DNA from: a virus
Taxonomy: Duplodnaviria > Caudoviricetes
Virus record (IMG/VR): IMGVR_UViG_3300036987_000202
Span: 7,253-71,252 of that record
Reading direction: 5' to 3' (one strand)
Length of the DNA: 64,000 nucleotides
A model generated the notes under the pieces. The model was not told where the DNA came from, did no database searches, and saw nothing but the letters and a program-made list of their open reading frames with translations. Position 1 is the stretch's first letter. Each line of letters begins with the position of its first letter. This document shows positions 1-8,760 of this stretch, in pieces. Both the position numbers and the translations under genes were made by a program.

Positions 1-44
1 CCATTAGATCGCACTTAATTTACAAACATTCACCTATGCGGTTT

Positions 45-323
45 TTAATGCGATGGCACTATTTGTATTTTATAGTTGAGTTCGGCGAGAATAGGGATCA
101 GGGTGTTAATGCTCACGTTGGTGCTTTTCCCCGATCTTAAATTTTGAATTAATGTAGTCGAAACACCTGCCTTCGACGCGAGCTTTCGCACCGAGATTTT
201 GCGTTCCTCCATCGCTTCAATAAGAAGCTCGGAAAGCAAAAACTCATCGTACCGTTTCTCAAAAGCCATCCTTCGCTTGGGATCTGCCATGATCCGGTCA
301 AACGTGCTAACTCTACTGTTCAT
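45..323 (-). CDS. XRE-family HTH antitoxin (HigA-like)
   Basis: 92 aa with HTH ISVRKLASKAGVSTTLIQNLRSG, directly downstream of a RelE-like gene. Confidence 0.8.
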   Translation of the reverse strand: MNSRVSTFDRIMADPKRRMAFEKRYDEFLLSELLIEAMEERKISVRKLASKAGVSTTLIQNLRSGKSTNVSINTLIPILAELNYKIQIVPSH

Positions 324-406
324 GTCACCTGCTCCTTTTTTAAATAGGTGCCTTGTTTATATGTAAGTGAAACCTCTTGGGTTATCACTCGGCACCAACG
401 CTTAGT

Positions 407-805
407 TTAATAATACGCGCTCTTTTTAATTCTCGATAGGTAACTTGAGCGACATTCTTGAGCACGCTTTTTCTCACCCTTTGGTAATTTTCTTTTAGCC
501 TTCGCATAGGCATTGGTCACAATAACCTTTTTGCCGATAACGAAGAAACACAAAAAGCGCTCCTCATCAGCTTTAAATGCGTATATCTGATCCCCCTCAT
601 TCCGAAATTTTTCTTTGTTGCTGATCTTTCCAGCATCACCCATGCGCTTGAATAACAACAGCACTTTGTCCTGCATCACGTCATCAAGCTCCCCAAAGTA
701 TTCAAGAGGTTGACTTTCGCCTTCCTCGTTAAAATACCACTCAATCGTAAAATGCTCCCCAGCATACGCCACCACGTCCTTGCCCAGTTTACTCAACCCT
801 CGCAT
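407..805 (-). CDS. RelE/HigB-like toxin (Gp49/DUF891-like)
   Basis: 132 aa, FRNEGDQIYAFKADEERFLCFF...IVTNAYAK pattern; toxin-before-antitoxin order. Confidence 0.8.
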   Translation of the reverse strand: MRGLSKLGKDVVAYAGEHFTIEWYFNEEGESQPLEYFGELDDVMQDKVLLLFKRMGDAGKISNKEKFRNEGDQIYAFKADEERFLCFFVIGKKVIVTNAYAKAKRKLPKGEKKRAQECRSSYLSRIKKSAYY

Positions 806-839
806 CCTCCGCTAATGACATATTTATCACGACCCCAAT

Positions 840-868
840 AATGTACAACTATAATTGCACAAAGTCAA
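840..868 (-). promoter_or_regulatory. Sigma70-type promoter of the TA operon overlapped by a palindromic operator
   Basis: Minus strand TTGACT-17 nt-TACATT; TGTACAA-N6-TTGCACA dyad at 842-861 covers the spacer. Confidence 0.55.
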
Positions 869-901
869 GTCTAAGCAGTGATTTTTTTCAGGCTTCACAG
901 G

Positions 902-956
902 TGGTCAATTATTTTCAAACTTCCCAACGGTTGAGAAGTTTGAAAATAATTGACCA
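902..956. repeat. 55-bp near-perfect palindrome
   Basis: Perfect 21-bp arms TGGTCAATTATTTTCAAACTT (902-922) and AAGTTTGAAAATAATTGACCA (936-956); pairing continues to the centre (929) with one mismatch. Confidence 0.9.
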
Positions 957-966
957 TTTATTGCTC

Positions 967-1057
967 TCTACTAAACATCTACTAAATCTCTCCTAATCAT
1001 CTCCCTTGACGAAAAACGCTTCATTACCGCTCCATTAATCCTCCATTAATGCTCCAT
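967..1057. repeat. Two sets of short direct repeats with 11-bp period
   Basis: TCTACTAAA at 967 and 978, variant TCTCCTAAT at 989; CTCCATTAAT at 1030 and 1041, partial copy at 1052. Confidence 0.7.
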
Positions 1058-1247
1058 GTTGACGATAAACGCCCATCTTGTCTCCAGAAAGTACACCAGG
1101 GGCATACTCCCAGGAGAGAATACCCCCTTGGAATATAAGGGAGTCCAGCACAACAACGTGCAACACTGTTGTAGATTGTTGCCTTTTAACAGAAAAAAAG
1201 TGGTAGGGCTGTCAAGGGCTACCATATTATTGCTGTGTTTTTTACAG

Positions 1248-1276
1248 AAAAAAAAGCCGCCCCTGGGGGGAGCGGC
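1248..1276 (-). terminator. Rho-independent terminator closing the late/lysis operon
   Basis: Minus strand GC-rich stem (GCCGCTCCCCCCAGGGGCGGC) followed by a T8 run, just after the last lysis-region gene. Confidence 0.7.
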
Positions 1277-1321
1277 ATGAAATGGTGGTAATGGGTGGGT
1301 GAGTGGGTGATGTGGGTGCGT

Positions 1322-1726
1322 TTATAACGCCAATAAAACCAGCCCGATCTTGCCCAGGAGAGCCAGGATCCCGCCGGTGCCCAGACCATAGAGAAAATAC
1401 CTGGTCTTTTCCTTGGTGGTTGGCTCATCCTTATAGTGAATGACGAGCGTATTATTCACCACCTCGCATGAAGTAAGATTGCGTATCGGTCCCAGGTCGA
1501 GCGTTTCCACCAGGGATGCGCGTCGCACGGTGACCACGGCATGATCCTTGCAGACCTCGCAGCGCACCGGCAGCGACTTCTCCTCCAGGATCGCGGTATA
1601 GTCCCGGGCGTCCTTCATTACCCGGTCATACTGCGCCCTCAGCTCCGGCGGCACCCAGGATGGGGCCGCCTCACCGGGTAAGGTCGTCAATATCGCGCTT
1701 GAGGCGAGCAGCATGGCGCAGATCAT
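1322..1726 (-). CDS. Membrane-anchored protein, possible spanin component
   Basis: Probable start MICAMLL at 1726; hydrophobic N-terminus and C-terminal TM segment; overlaps the upstream small TM gene; follows holin and endolysin. Confidence 0.4.
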   Translation of the reverse strand: MICAMLLASSAILTTLPGEAAPSWVPPELRAQYDRVMKDARDYTAILEEKSLPVRCEVCKDHAVVTVRRASLVETLDLGPIRNLTSCEVVNNTLVIHYKDEPTTKEKTRYFLYGLGTGGILALLGKIGLVLLAL

Positions 1727-1895
1727 CCTCGCGCCGCGGATTCTGTATCGTTCCATTGATGGTTGAACCTCCCCTATTGTCTGTGCTGGTAATCCATGTC
1801 CATATCCCGAAAAGGGCACCCGCCACGGCCCCTATCGCCAGGACCCACCTACCGAAGGTCTTGAGGATCCGCGGGAGCAGGCTTGTTTTTGTCAT
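1671..1895 (-). CDS. Small single-TM protein, possible spanin component
   Basis: Start MTKTSLL at 1895; TM segment WVLAIGAVAGALFGIWTWI then a charged helical tail. Confidence 0.4.
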   Translation of the reverse strand: MTKTSLLPRILKTFGRWVLAIGAVAGALFGIWTWITSTDNRGGSTINGTIQNPRREDDLRHAARLKRDIDDLTR

Positions 1896-2163
1896 ACCAG
1901 GTATAAATGGTGATCCACGCAGCCACAAAGCCCAGCAGCGTGGCAATCATCGTGTCGGTCAATTCGATGTGGCGGGTTTCGACAAAGACCACGATGGCCA
2001 TAATGATCTTGGCAAAGACCGCCAGGACCACGGGGAAGAGAATCAGGGATATCCAAAAGAAGGGCGGCCTGAACTTTCCCTTGTTGTAGCAAAAGGCTTG
2101 AAACACCGCGATCAGCCTATGGCCGATGCGGGAGAGAAACGACTTGCTTGAGCGCATCGTCAC
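1849..2163 (-). CDS. Putative holin
   Basis: 104 aa, two hydrophobic helices, basic N-terminus, adjacent to the peptidase. Confidence 0.55.
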   Translation of the reverse strand: MTMRSSKSFLSRIGHRLIAVFQAFCYNKGKFRPPFFWISLILFPVVLAVFAKIIMAIVVFVETRHIELTDTMIATLLGFVAAWITIYTWYDKNKPAPADPQDLR

Positions 2164-2798
2164 GCCTCCAATGTGTTATAGAGTTTTAAGGCAATCTTTC
2201 TCATGCGGCCCCCCGAGTAGACGATTTTCTTGAAATCATCCAGGGGCATCGGCACGCTGTCGCCGTTATGGTCCTGGTACTTGGTCCGGTAATCGCCATA
2301 CGGGTCATCGATAACCAGGGCGGCGAGCTTCGCCTGGTCCACCTCCTCCGGCCCGTGGATCGCCAGGATGTTCTCCTGGGTAGTGTCAAACCCAACGACC
2401 GTGACAATGTGCCCATACACGGTGAAATCACCCCCGATCACGACCGCGGCCTGCTCCTTGACGATATGAAACATGATATCCTTGATCGAGGTGTTGTTGT
2501 CGGTAATACAGATGCGCCTCCCGGCAACCTTGTTGGCCACCCATTCCAGCATCGGGGAGACATTCCAGGGATGGCACGTCGCCCCGGGGAACCGGCGGGA
2601 GAACTCGGCCCGGGCCTCGGCACCCTCCAGGATCCCCATGAGATAGTCCTCGGCCTGGACGCCCTCGGGGGTCACCAGGCGAATCCCCGAGGCGCGGCAG
2701 GCGTTGATCACCGAGGTTACGTTACAGGACGCCCCCGGACGCTTGGCGTTATCCCGCTGGGTGGCATACTCGTTCTTTCTGCTAATGTCGTAGCGCAT
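2160..2798 (-). CDS. C39-like cysteine peptidase, putative endolysin
   Basis: Cys-His-Asp motifs SCNVTS, YGHIVTVVG, IDDPYG; position in the lysis cassette. Confidence 0.65.
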   Translation of the reverse strand: MRYDISRKNEYATQRDNAKRPGASCNVTSVINACRASGIRLVTPEGVQAEDYLMGILEGAEARAEFSRRFPGATCHPWNVSPMLEWVANKVAGRRICITDNNTSIKDIMFHIVKEQAAVVIGGDFTVYGHIVTVVGFDTTQENILAIHGPEEVDQAKLAALVIDDPYGDYRTKYQDHNGDSVPMPLDDFKKIVYSGGRMRKIALKLYNTLEA

Positions 2799-2833
2799 TG
2801 CGGCTGTCCTCCAGGTCAGATGATATCATGGTC

Positions 2834-3235
2834 TTATTTTTTAAGCCAGATGGCCAACCCCAGGGCGATGGATACCACCGACACGATCAGCGTGGCCAGC
2901 TTCATCCAGTCTGTGAGCTGTGCATCCTTCGTCTTAATGACCTCCATGTGGGGCACCACCTGGTCGGTGATAGCCCCCAGGATGGTTTTATGTTCCGAGG
3001 AGCGCTGGACGTGCTCGGCGCGAAACGTCGATTCAAGCTGGGTAAACACCGCCTTCTCGGTGACACAGTGCTTTTGCCGGATGAGGTTTGACAACTCCTT
3101 CATCTCGGCGGAAATGCACTTCATGGCGTCATCCTGCATATCAAGCTGCGAATACACCTTGGAAAGGGCCTCGACGGTCCTTTCCTGGATAGAGAGCACG
3201 CGGTCAAAATTGTCCTGCGCCTGGTCGTCACTCAT
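2834..3235 (-). CDS. Coiled-coil protein with C-terminal TM helix
   Basis: 133 aa helical protein ending LATLIVSVVSIALGLAIWLKK. Confidence 0.55.
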   Translation of the reverse strand: MSDDQAQDNFDRVLSIQERTVEALSKVYSQLDMQDDAMKCISAEMKELSNLIRQKHCVTEKAVFTQLESTFRAEHVQRSSEHKTILGAITDQVVPHMEVIKTKDAQLTDWMKLATLIVSVVSIALGLAIWLKK

Positions 3236-3584
3236 GGTAGGTGTCCAGTAGATAGTTTAGGTGCATCTCAGTGATGGCCAGCCGGTTGGTATTTGACTTT
3301 TCCATGGAATAGCCAATCAACAGCGATGCGGCGGGCAGGTGCATCCTACGGAAGATGATGATGGTAGTGTCAAGTAGCAGCCGGTAAATATTTTCACCAA
3401 TTTCAAAATAATCTGACCGCACCAGGGCGTCATGCAGGTCCGTGCGATCAGCATAGGACAGGGTGCTGGAGATAATCACCGCATCACCGCCGTTTTCCGG
3501 TGCGAACACGATCACCAGGTCGCGGGGATCGCCGTAGGCCAAATACCTGGCCATAAGGGGCATGATGTCTTTTACGGTAACCAT
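3228..3584 (-). CDS. Hypothetical protein
   Basis: 118 aa, RBS-like GAGG, overlaps the next gene. Confidence 0.55.
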   Translation of the reverse strand: MVTVKDIMPLMARYLAYGDPRDLVIVFAPENGGDAVIISSTLSYADRTDLHDALVRSDYFEIGENIYRLLLDTTIIIFRRMHLPAASLLIGYSMEKSNTNRLAITEMHLNYLLDTYHE

Positions 3585-3591
3585 AGGATCC

Positions 3592-4713
3592 TCAAAACTT
3601 GTTCACAAACGCGCTGAGTGAAAGTTGATAGGGCATTGCCCAAATGTTTCCTTCTATACGAAGGATGGTCACCCCGTTATTGGGGATGCCATAGATGAAA
3701 CCACCGGGATTCACTATTCCGCCGCACCACTTGGTATTGCCGGTCAACGTCCCATATTTCCTGGTAGCGGTCCCCGCGATGGGATCAATCACCAGTATGT
3801 CAGTAGCAGTGGAGGGAATACCGTAAATCTTTCCATCGGGGCCGAGCACGCCCCCATTCCATCCCAAACCCGATGATAGACTCGCCCCCATGGTGCTCCT
3901 GGTTGCGGTCCCGGTTGCTGGATCGATGATGAGAATATCTGGACTCAATGACGGAATACCATACATCTTACCATCAGGCCCAAGCACGCCCCCTCGCCAT
4001 TTCTGGTCGTTGGTTGCCGAGGGGAACGACGCTCCCATGGTGCTGCGGGTGGCGGTGCCCGCCACGGGGTCAATGATGAGGATATCAGAAGATTGATACG
4101 GGATACCGTAAATCTTTCCGTCAGGCCCGAGTACCCCCCCATTCCAAAGCTGTCCATATGGTCCAAGAGAGAGATCAGCCCCCATCGTGCTGGTGGTCGC
4201 GGTGCCTGCCACGGGGTCGATAATGAGGATGGTGGACGTTTCCCATGGTATCCCATATATTTTCCCGTTGGCAGCGAGTACCCCCCCCTGCCACTTCTGA
4301 TCAGTTGTTAGCGTTGCGCCCATGTTGCTGCGGGTTGCGGTGCCTGCCACGGGGTCAATAATGAGGATATCCTGGGCAGAATTTGGGATCCCATAGATTT
4401 TACCATTGGGATGGAGCACACCGCCATACCACTTATAATTGCCAGTGAGGGTTGCGCCCATCGCGCTGCGGGTGGCGGTGCCTGAGATGGGGTCGATGAT
4501 GAGAATGTCGGTGGATGTAAAAGGGATCCCGTAGATGTTCCCGTTGGGGGCAAGCACCCCTCCTTTAAACTTTTCTCCTGTCGCAAACGTGGCTCCCATT
4601 GCTGAAGTCGAGATGCGCACCACATCACCATCTGGACCAAGAAGTGCCTCAATGCGCCTGCGCCCCGCTCCGAAATATGGTTTCCAGTTTTTATTCCAGG
4701 TAAATAGAGACAT
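3592..4713 (-). CDS. 7-repeat beta-propeller protein B, putative receptor-binding module
   Basis: Seven ~45-aa repeats W-x-GGVLGPDGKIYGIP...ILIIDP; lies after the tail fibre. Confidence 0.75.
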   Translation of the reverse strand: MSLFTWNKNWKPYFGAGRRRIEALLGPDGDVVRISTSAMGATFATGEKFKGGVLAPNGNIYGIPFTSTDILIIDPISGTATRSAMGATLTGNYKWYGGVLHPNGKIYGIPNSAQDILIIDPVAGTATRSNMGATLTTDQKWQGGVLAANGKIYGIPWETSTILIIDPVAGTATTSTMGADLSLGPYGQLWNGGVLGPDGKIYGIPYQSSDILIIDPVAGTATRSTMGASFPSATNDQKWRGGVLGPDGKMYGIPSLSPDILIIDPATGTATRSTMGASLSSGLGWNGGVLGPDGKIYGIPSTATDILVIDPIAGTATRKYGTLTGNTKWCGGIVNPGGFIYGIPNNGVTILRIEGNIWAMPYQLSLSAFVNKF

Positions 4714-4725
4714 GATGGAACCTCG

Positions 4726-5847
4726 TTAATATTTATTCAGGTAGGCGCTTAATGCTAGGTGCTTTGAACACATCCATAATGATCCCTTGATCATGCCGAC
4801 CTGGGTGGACGTGCGGGGAATACAATAGATGGTCCCGTTTGGATGCAGCACACCACCTGAGTAGGGATTGGCACCATCACTATCCACTTCCGAGAGTATG
4901 CGTTCCGCGGTGTTCAAAAGAGGGTCAATCACCAGCACATCGTTGTTTGCAGATGAACCGATCATGCAGTATATCCGACCATCGGGTCCAAGCACCCCAC
5001 CCGTCCAGTTGGGGTTTGCGGTACTTACTCCATAATCAGCCAGGGATCGACGGGTGAGTGTGCCCGCGAGAGGATCTAAAATGATCACACCATTAGAGGA
5101 ATTTGGAACGCTGTATATTTTTCCATCAGGCCCGAGTACGCCGCCCTGGTTTCCCGAGAGGGTGCCCCCATACCCAAAAGTGCTTTCTGTGGCTGTGTCG
5201 GTAGTGGGATCGATCACCAGGATAGTGTTTTTACTGGCAGGCATCCCATAGATTTTACCGTCAGGCCCAAGCACGCCGCCCATCCACTTGCCAGTCCCGG
5301 TCATCGTCAGCCCCATGGTTGACCTGGCGGCGGTGCCTGCGGTGGGGTTAATAATGAGAAAGTTATTTGAATTATACGGGATGCAATATATTTTTCCGTT
5401 GGCCGCAACCACGCCCCCTGCCCATTTCAAATAATCCGAGAGGGTGGCCCCCATGTTACTCGTTGTGGCGGTGCCCGCCACGGGGTCAACAATGAGAATT
5501 ACATCGGAATAATGCGGAATGCCATATATTTTTCCGTTATGTCCGAGTACGCCCCCCCAATATGAGCTATCACCATTTATCGTCGCCCCCATCGAATTTC
5601 TGATTGCGGTATTGGTGAACGGGTCGATAATCAGCATTTGTGTATCGGTAAACGGCATACAATATATCTTATTATCGGGTCCAAGCACTCCACCGTGGTA
5701 TTTTTCGCCAGTGCCAAAACTTATTCCAAAGGCAGATTTCCGGCCACGCGGATGGTCACCATTGGGACCAAGCGCATACTCCCTTAAATAGTTACGCATC
5801 GCGTTAAAATGCGGTTTCCAGGTGCTTGTCCAGACTTCGCCCGCCAT
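4726..5847 (-). CDS. 7-repeat beta-propeller protein A, paralog of B
   Basis: Same repeat seven times, same length (373 aa), matching termini (WKPHF/WKPYF; LSAYLNKY/LSAFVNKF). Confidence 0.75.
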   Translation of the reverse strand: MAGEVWTSTWKPHFNAMRNYLREYALGPNGDHPRGRKSAFGISFGTGEKYHGGVLGPDNKIYCMPFTDTQMLIIDPFTNTAIRNSMGATINGDSSYWGGVLGHNGKIYGIPHYSDVILIVDPVAGTATTSNMGATLSDYLKWAGGVVAANGKIYCIPYNSNNFLIINPTAGTAARSTMGLTMTGTGKWMGGVLGPDGKIYGMPASKNTILVIDPTTDTATESTFGYGGTLSGNQGGVLGPDGKIYSVPNSSNGVIILDPLAGTLTRRSLADYGVSTANPNWTGGVLGPDGRIYCMIGSSANNDVLVIDPLLNTAERILSEVDSDGANPYSGGVLHPNGTIYCIPRTSTQVGMIKGSLWMCSKHLALSAYLNKY

Positions 5848-5857
5848 GGGTCACTCC

Positions 5858-7909
5858 TTATGGTAAACTCATCCAGGATATCGTCGGCAATGGGCTGCCC
5901 TTGTGCGTGCCATCGGTATTGTGATCTACGTTCAGCCAATCCGAGAGTGACCGGCCAACCTCATGTAAAAAGATTGAACGACTGTCCACATTTACGATGG
6001 GGAGCAGCGTGTTGAACTCCAGGTAGTATGTGGCAATCGTCATGCCCGAGGGAAACTTGACTCTCCCGTTCACCACGTCGATGCCGATATGGTTGTAATA
6101 CTCCCAATTCGTCCAGGTGGTGTCGTTGCTGAAATCGACCGCCATAATATCCAGACCCGAGGACCAGAATCCCGTGTCATCACCAGGGGCATGCACCGGA
6201 ACCAAGCGCGTGCCCGACTCGGTGAGAATGTTCACCACACTGGCTCCGCTGGACGATCCATAGAGGCCCGCCTGTGGCTTATACATCTCACGGAAAGCGA
6301 TGGTCGTGCCGTTACTGCCCAGGACTGGTGTGGCCCCCGAGGTGAAACCGATCACATAGGCGTGATAGTGATAGGTTTGACCCGCCACCAGGGTTGCCGT
6401 AATGTCTGCATACTTCCAGGACGCATCAGCAAAGTCAGCGATGGCGATATCAATGGACCCGAGAGAGTTATTGCCCGCGTCATGCAAGACGATCCTTAAG
6501 TGTGTGTAGCCAGATCCCTTGGTCTTTACATACAACCCGACTCGATTGTGGGTCGTGGCAAATAACAGGCCCGTTGATACCGTAAACGGGGCGCGGTCTG
6601 CTGTGTCCTCGCTCAAGGTGGTGAGCACGCTGTAATTTGATGAGGTGGTTTCCTGCTTCTGGTCCAGGCGGGATACAGGGTACTGCTGCTCCTGCTGGAA
6701 GCGCTCCAGCGAGGCACCGATGTCATTGGTCAGATTGACCGGGAACAGGCTCACCAGGCCCCGGCGGTTGGTAGCGTCACCTGTGACGGGTAAAATGCGG
6801 GCATAGGCCCCTCGGTATTTATTGAGTTTTTGTGCGGTCTTGCTGCGGGCGTCAGAGGAAAGATGGACCCATTCCACACATCCATCAGGATGATCCAGGG
6901 GGAGCGCGGTGCGGTGGTCGCTGTAGCGCGGCAGGGTGGCTACCGTGGTTGATTCGCTGGTCCAGGTGGCGCGGTCGTCGAGATCCTTGACGTTCGACGG
7001 CAAAAGCGAGGTGGCGTTCACCGGCACCGTGACCTCGGCAACCTTGAACCACTTGTTTTCCCCGAGGTACTCGAGGCGATACCCGGCATAGCCAGTGACG
7101 CCCAGGATAAGCTCCGCGGCATCGAGTTGCTCCTGGGCGGGCTGGCGCAGGTAGACCACGGAGTTTTCCCCCAGGCCGGGGGCCGTGATCTTGAGGTGGT
7201 TGGATCCGTCGTTGGACGCGAGGACGCCGATCCCCGCGACATTGATTTTGTTAATGATTTCCGCCAGGGTGGTCGTTGCAGGGACAGCGCCGCGGCAATC
7301 GATTTCCACGAACTCTCCGTCAACTCCGCAGGCCAGGGTTAAAAGATACCTGGTCGTAAAATTGAGCGGGCTTGATACGGCAACCGTCCCCGTGATGCTT
7401 CCTGCCGTTGCCGCGGTAGTGGTGGGGACGCTTCCTCCGGCGGTGCCTTTTTTCACCCGCAGCACCAGGTAGACCTCGCTGTCGCGCTTCCTGGTAACCG
7501 GGGTGACTGTTTTCTCACGGGCGTCGGCAATATAGACCAGGTTGTCGTTTTTGGTGTCCCTCCTGGATATACGCGCTTCCACGATATCGTACCGCTGCTG
7601 GGCCTCCCCCGCGTCGAAGGTAAGGGAGTAATTAGACCCCGCGTTGTAATCCAGACAGAATTTCAGGGTGTCATCCGTGAGCATCTGGACCACCGAGGCC
7701 GGTGCGGTGAAGGGCACGGTCAGGGTGGCGATGGTGCCCTTGCGCAGCCCCTCCAGGACCGCGGCATCGACCGAGGCATTTTTATATAACATGCCGCGAA
7801 TCAGGACCTCCAGGTCCCGCAGGGCCATCTCCCCTATCCGTGTCACCACAAGGTCGTGCTCCAGGCGGGCCTTGGCGGTTTGATTGACGATGCGCAGGTT
7901 CTTACCCAT
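5858..7909 (-). CDS. Tail fibre / baseplate-attached fibre protein
   Basis: 683 aa, Thr/Ala/Gly-rich, follows wedge genes; VTVPVNATSLLPSNVKD segment and C-terminal DHNTDGTH motif. Confidence 0.65.
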   Translation of the reverse strand: MGKNLRIVNQTAKARLEHDLVVTRIGEMALRDLEVLIRGMLYKNASVDAAVLEGLRKGTIATLTVPFTAPASVVQMLTDDTLKFCLDYNAGSNYSLTFDAGEAQQRYDIVEARISRRDTKNDNLVYIADAREKTVTPVTRKRDSEVYLVLRVKKGTAGGSVPTTTAATAGSITGTVAVSSPLNFTTRYLLTLACGVDGEFVEIDCRGAVPATTTLAEIINKINVAGIGVLASNDGSNHLKITAPGLGENSVVYLRQPAQEQLDAAELILGVTGYAGYRLEYLGENKWFKVAEVTVPVNATSLLPSNVKDLDDRATWTSESTTVATLPRYSDHRTALPLDHPDGCVEWVHLSSDARSKTAQKLNKYRGAYARILPVTGDATNRRGLVSLFPVNLTNDIGASLERFQQEQQYPVSRLDQKQETTSSNYSVLTTLSEDTADRAPFTVSTGLLFATTHNRVGLYVKTKGSGYTHLRIVLHDAGNNSLGSIDIAIADFADASWKYADITATLVAGQTYHYHAYVIGFTSGATPVLGSNGTTIAFREMYKPQAGLYGSSSGASVVNILTESGTRLVPVHAPGDDTGFWSSGLDIMAVDFSNDTTWTNWEYYNHIGIDVVNGRVKFPSGMTIATYYLEFNTLLPIVNVDSRSIFLHEVGRSLSDWLNVDHNTDGTHKGSPLPTISWMSLP

Positions 7910-7924
7910 GGTGCGCTCCTATCG

Positions 7925-8067
7925 AAAGAGTGATACCCACGACTTTTTCACCGGGGGCGTTGGCTTTTCTGGAAAGCTCGCCAGCGCGGGATCGTCGTGG
8001 AGCCGAACATCACGCTCGGCTTGTACACGCTTTTACTCTGCGGTGCTGTGTACATAATTGTCAATAC
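7925..8067 (-). promoter_or_regulatory. Structured non-coding leader upstream of the tail-fibre gene
   Basis: Stems at 8022-28/8048-54, 8001-08/8014-21 and 7937-43/7994-8000; preceded by GTATTGAC (8060-67). Confidence 0.45.
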
Positions 8068-8100
8068 TCCGTGTTTCACAATAGACTATTCAGTAGTCAG

Positions 8101-8757
8101 TTATGGAGTGATTTCATCCTGGGTTACAATTAATGTATAATCAACTCCCGCCACAACCAAGCGATCCAGGAGATCGAGCACCAGGGGGATGCTGGTATTG
8201 GGGGTGTTCTCCAGGAGTACGGTGATGGAATATATGCTCCCCGCCAAGGCCATGGTGACGGCAGGGAATACCCATTCATCGCGCATAACCGGTGACACCA
8301 CCTGGAACTCGGTATAGACATCTGAAAAAGATTGATCGGCGTAGGCGGAACCTTCCTGACCTTCATAAAGAAGTGGCCGGTTGGGGAACGAATACGGGAC
8401 CAAAGCATTGATGATCGCTGTGGGAGATACTTTATGACCCAGGATGATTTCCGTCACCCGGCGCTGGTAATCGGCGTCACTCTCCCCGCTCCCGCGCACG
8501 ATACCCAGGTGATCGGACACGATCATCGATAGAAACACGCCCTGGGCGGTGTCGAAAAAGAGCATCTTGATCAACGACTTGGTGAGCCTCCGGTTCCATT
8601 CCACCACCGAGGCCAGCGCCCCCATGTTGAGGTCCATCGGGGTGGAAATCACCGGGGCCGGGACGCCGGTATAATCGGCAATCAGCGACCGATATACGGG
8701 GTCGTTTTTACTGAATACCGCGGCGAGGTCCTTGTTGATCTGATCGACTATTTTCAT
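8101..8757 (-). CDS. Baseplate wedge protein (P2 gpI-like position)
   Basis: RGSGESDADYQRRV motif; directly follows the J-like gene. Confidence 0.65.
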   Translation of the reverse strand: MKIVDQINKDLAAVFSKNDPVYRSLIADYTGVPAPVISTPMDLNMGALASVVEWNRRLTKSLIKMLFFDTAQGVFLSMIVSDHLGIVRGSGESDADYQRRVTEIILGHKVSPTAIINALVPYSFPNRPLLYEGQEGSAYADQSFSDVYTEFQVVSPVMRDEWVFPAVTMALAGSIYSITVLLENTPNTSIPLVLDLLDRLVVAGVDYTLIVTQDEITP

Positions 8758-8760
8758 GGT

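Noticed and set aside
3592-5847. Diversity-generating retroelement targets or CRISPR-like repeats
   Set aside because: The repeats are coding propeller blades. I found no RT gene, no non-coding template repeat and no repeat-spacer pattern in the window.
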